A DNA stretch of 64,000 bases from Ascidiella aspersa (taxonomy: Eukaryota). The notes below the pieces were generated by a model that saw only the letters and a list, made by a program, of their open reading frames with translations, was not told the DNA's origin and did no database searches. Below, in pieces: positions 63,656 to 64,000 of the stretch; the first letter of the stretch is position 1; each line of letters starts with the position of its first letter. The position numbers and the translations under genes were made by a program. The stretch is from assembly GCA_963924565.1 (NCBI GenBank), contig OZ004612.1, positions 12,586,001 through 12,650,000 on the forward strand. Reading direction: 5' to 3'.

Positions 63656-64000
63656 CTAAAAAACGTATAACTGGAGCATAAGCGCAAATGTAACAATAAA
63701 AACGACTCCCAACACCGACGAATAAAGGGTGTCATAGGTGTCGGACATACACCGACTGTATTCGCGCAGCTTAAGGTTCCGGATGGAGCACACGTGCCGT
63801 TTCTTACACAGCTGGTCACAAGCGCCGTGCGAATATGAGACGGTGTTGAGCAAGTTGTAACGCTGCAAAAGGGCCGAGTTGCCGTCGCAATCCGGGCAGT
63901 CAGGGTCGGCCGCGTGCAACCTCGATGAGAGTTCGGCCAATGAGAAGGGACTTAGATCCGCCAGTCCGTATTCTCTCAGCGCTGAATACTCTTCAGTCCA
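63656..64000 (-). CDS. SMPDL3: Last exon (partial) of a tandem SMPDL3-like paralog with intact Cys-rich C-terminus and hydrophobic tail
   Basis: WTEEYSALREYGLADLSPFSLAELSSRLHAADPDCPDCDGNSALLQRYNLLNTVSYSHGACDQLCKKRHVCSIRNLKLREYSRCMSDTYDTLYSSVLGVVFIVTFALMLQLYVF-stop; near-identical at nucleotide level to 49740-49970. The rest of the gene lies beyond the window. Confidence 0.9.
   Translation of the reverse strand, partial: WTEEYSALREYGLADLSPFSLAELSSRLHAADPDCPDCDGNSALLQRYNLLNTVSYSHGACDQLCKKRHVCSIRNLKLREYSRCMSDTYDTLYSSVLGVVFIVTFALMLQLYVF

Overview
Eukaryotic (metazoan) genomic DNA with spliceosomal introns, not prokaryotic. Compact AT-rich introns, GC/CpG-rich exons, many hAT-type MITEs and a tightly spaced housekeeping gene pair suggest an invertebrate chordate such as an ascidian; this is inference only. 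Genes reconstructed by hand from splice sites and reading-frame continuity: (1) a 17-exon RAS guanyl-releasing protein (RASGRP, +, 2763-30587) containing a U12-type AT-AC minor intron at 4146-7376; (2) a 7-exon WSC-domain sulfotransferase-like gene (WSCD family, -, 38304-32960) with an in-frame TAA in its last exon and degenerate catalytic motifs; (3) a single-coding-exon RAB5IF/OPTI (+) followed closely by (4) ARL6IP4 (+), a candidate operon on a CpG-depleted block; (5) a CXorf65/C22orf15-like gene (-); (6) a 7-exon SMPDL3-like phosphodiesterase (-) whose last exon has a frameshifting deletion, and (7) the intact last exon of a near-identical tandem paralog at the window end. Mobile DNA includes an internally deleted Chapaev3-like transposon (CAC...GTG ends, TTA target duplication) inside a hAT remnant, several hAT MITEs with 8-bp target duplications (one set nested three deep), a Harbinger-like MITE and retroelement remnants. 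I found no CRISPR, rRNA or tRNA, and no wholly new system that I can support.
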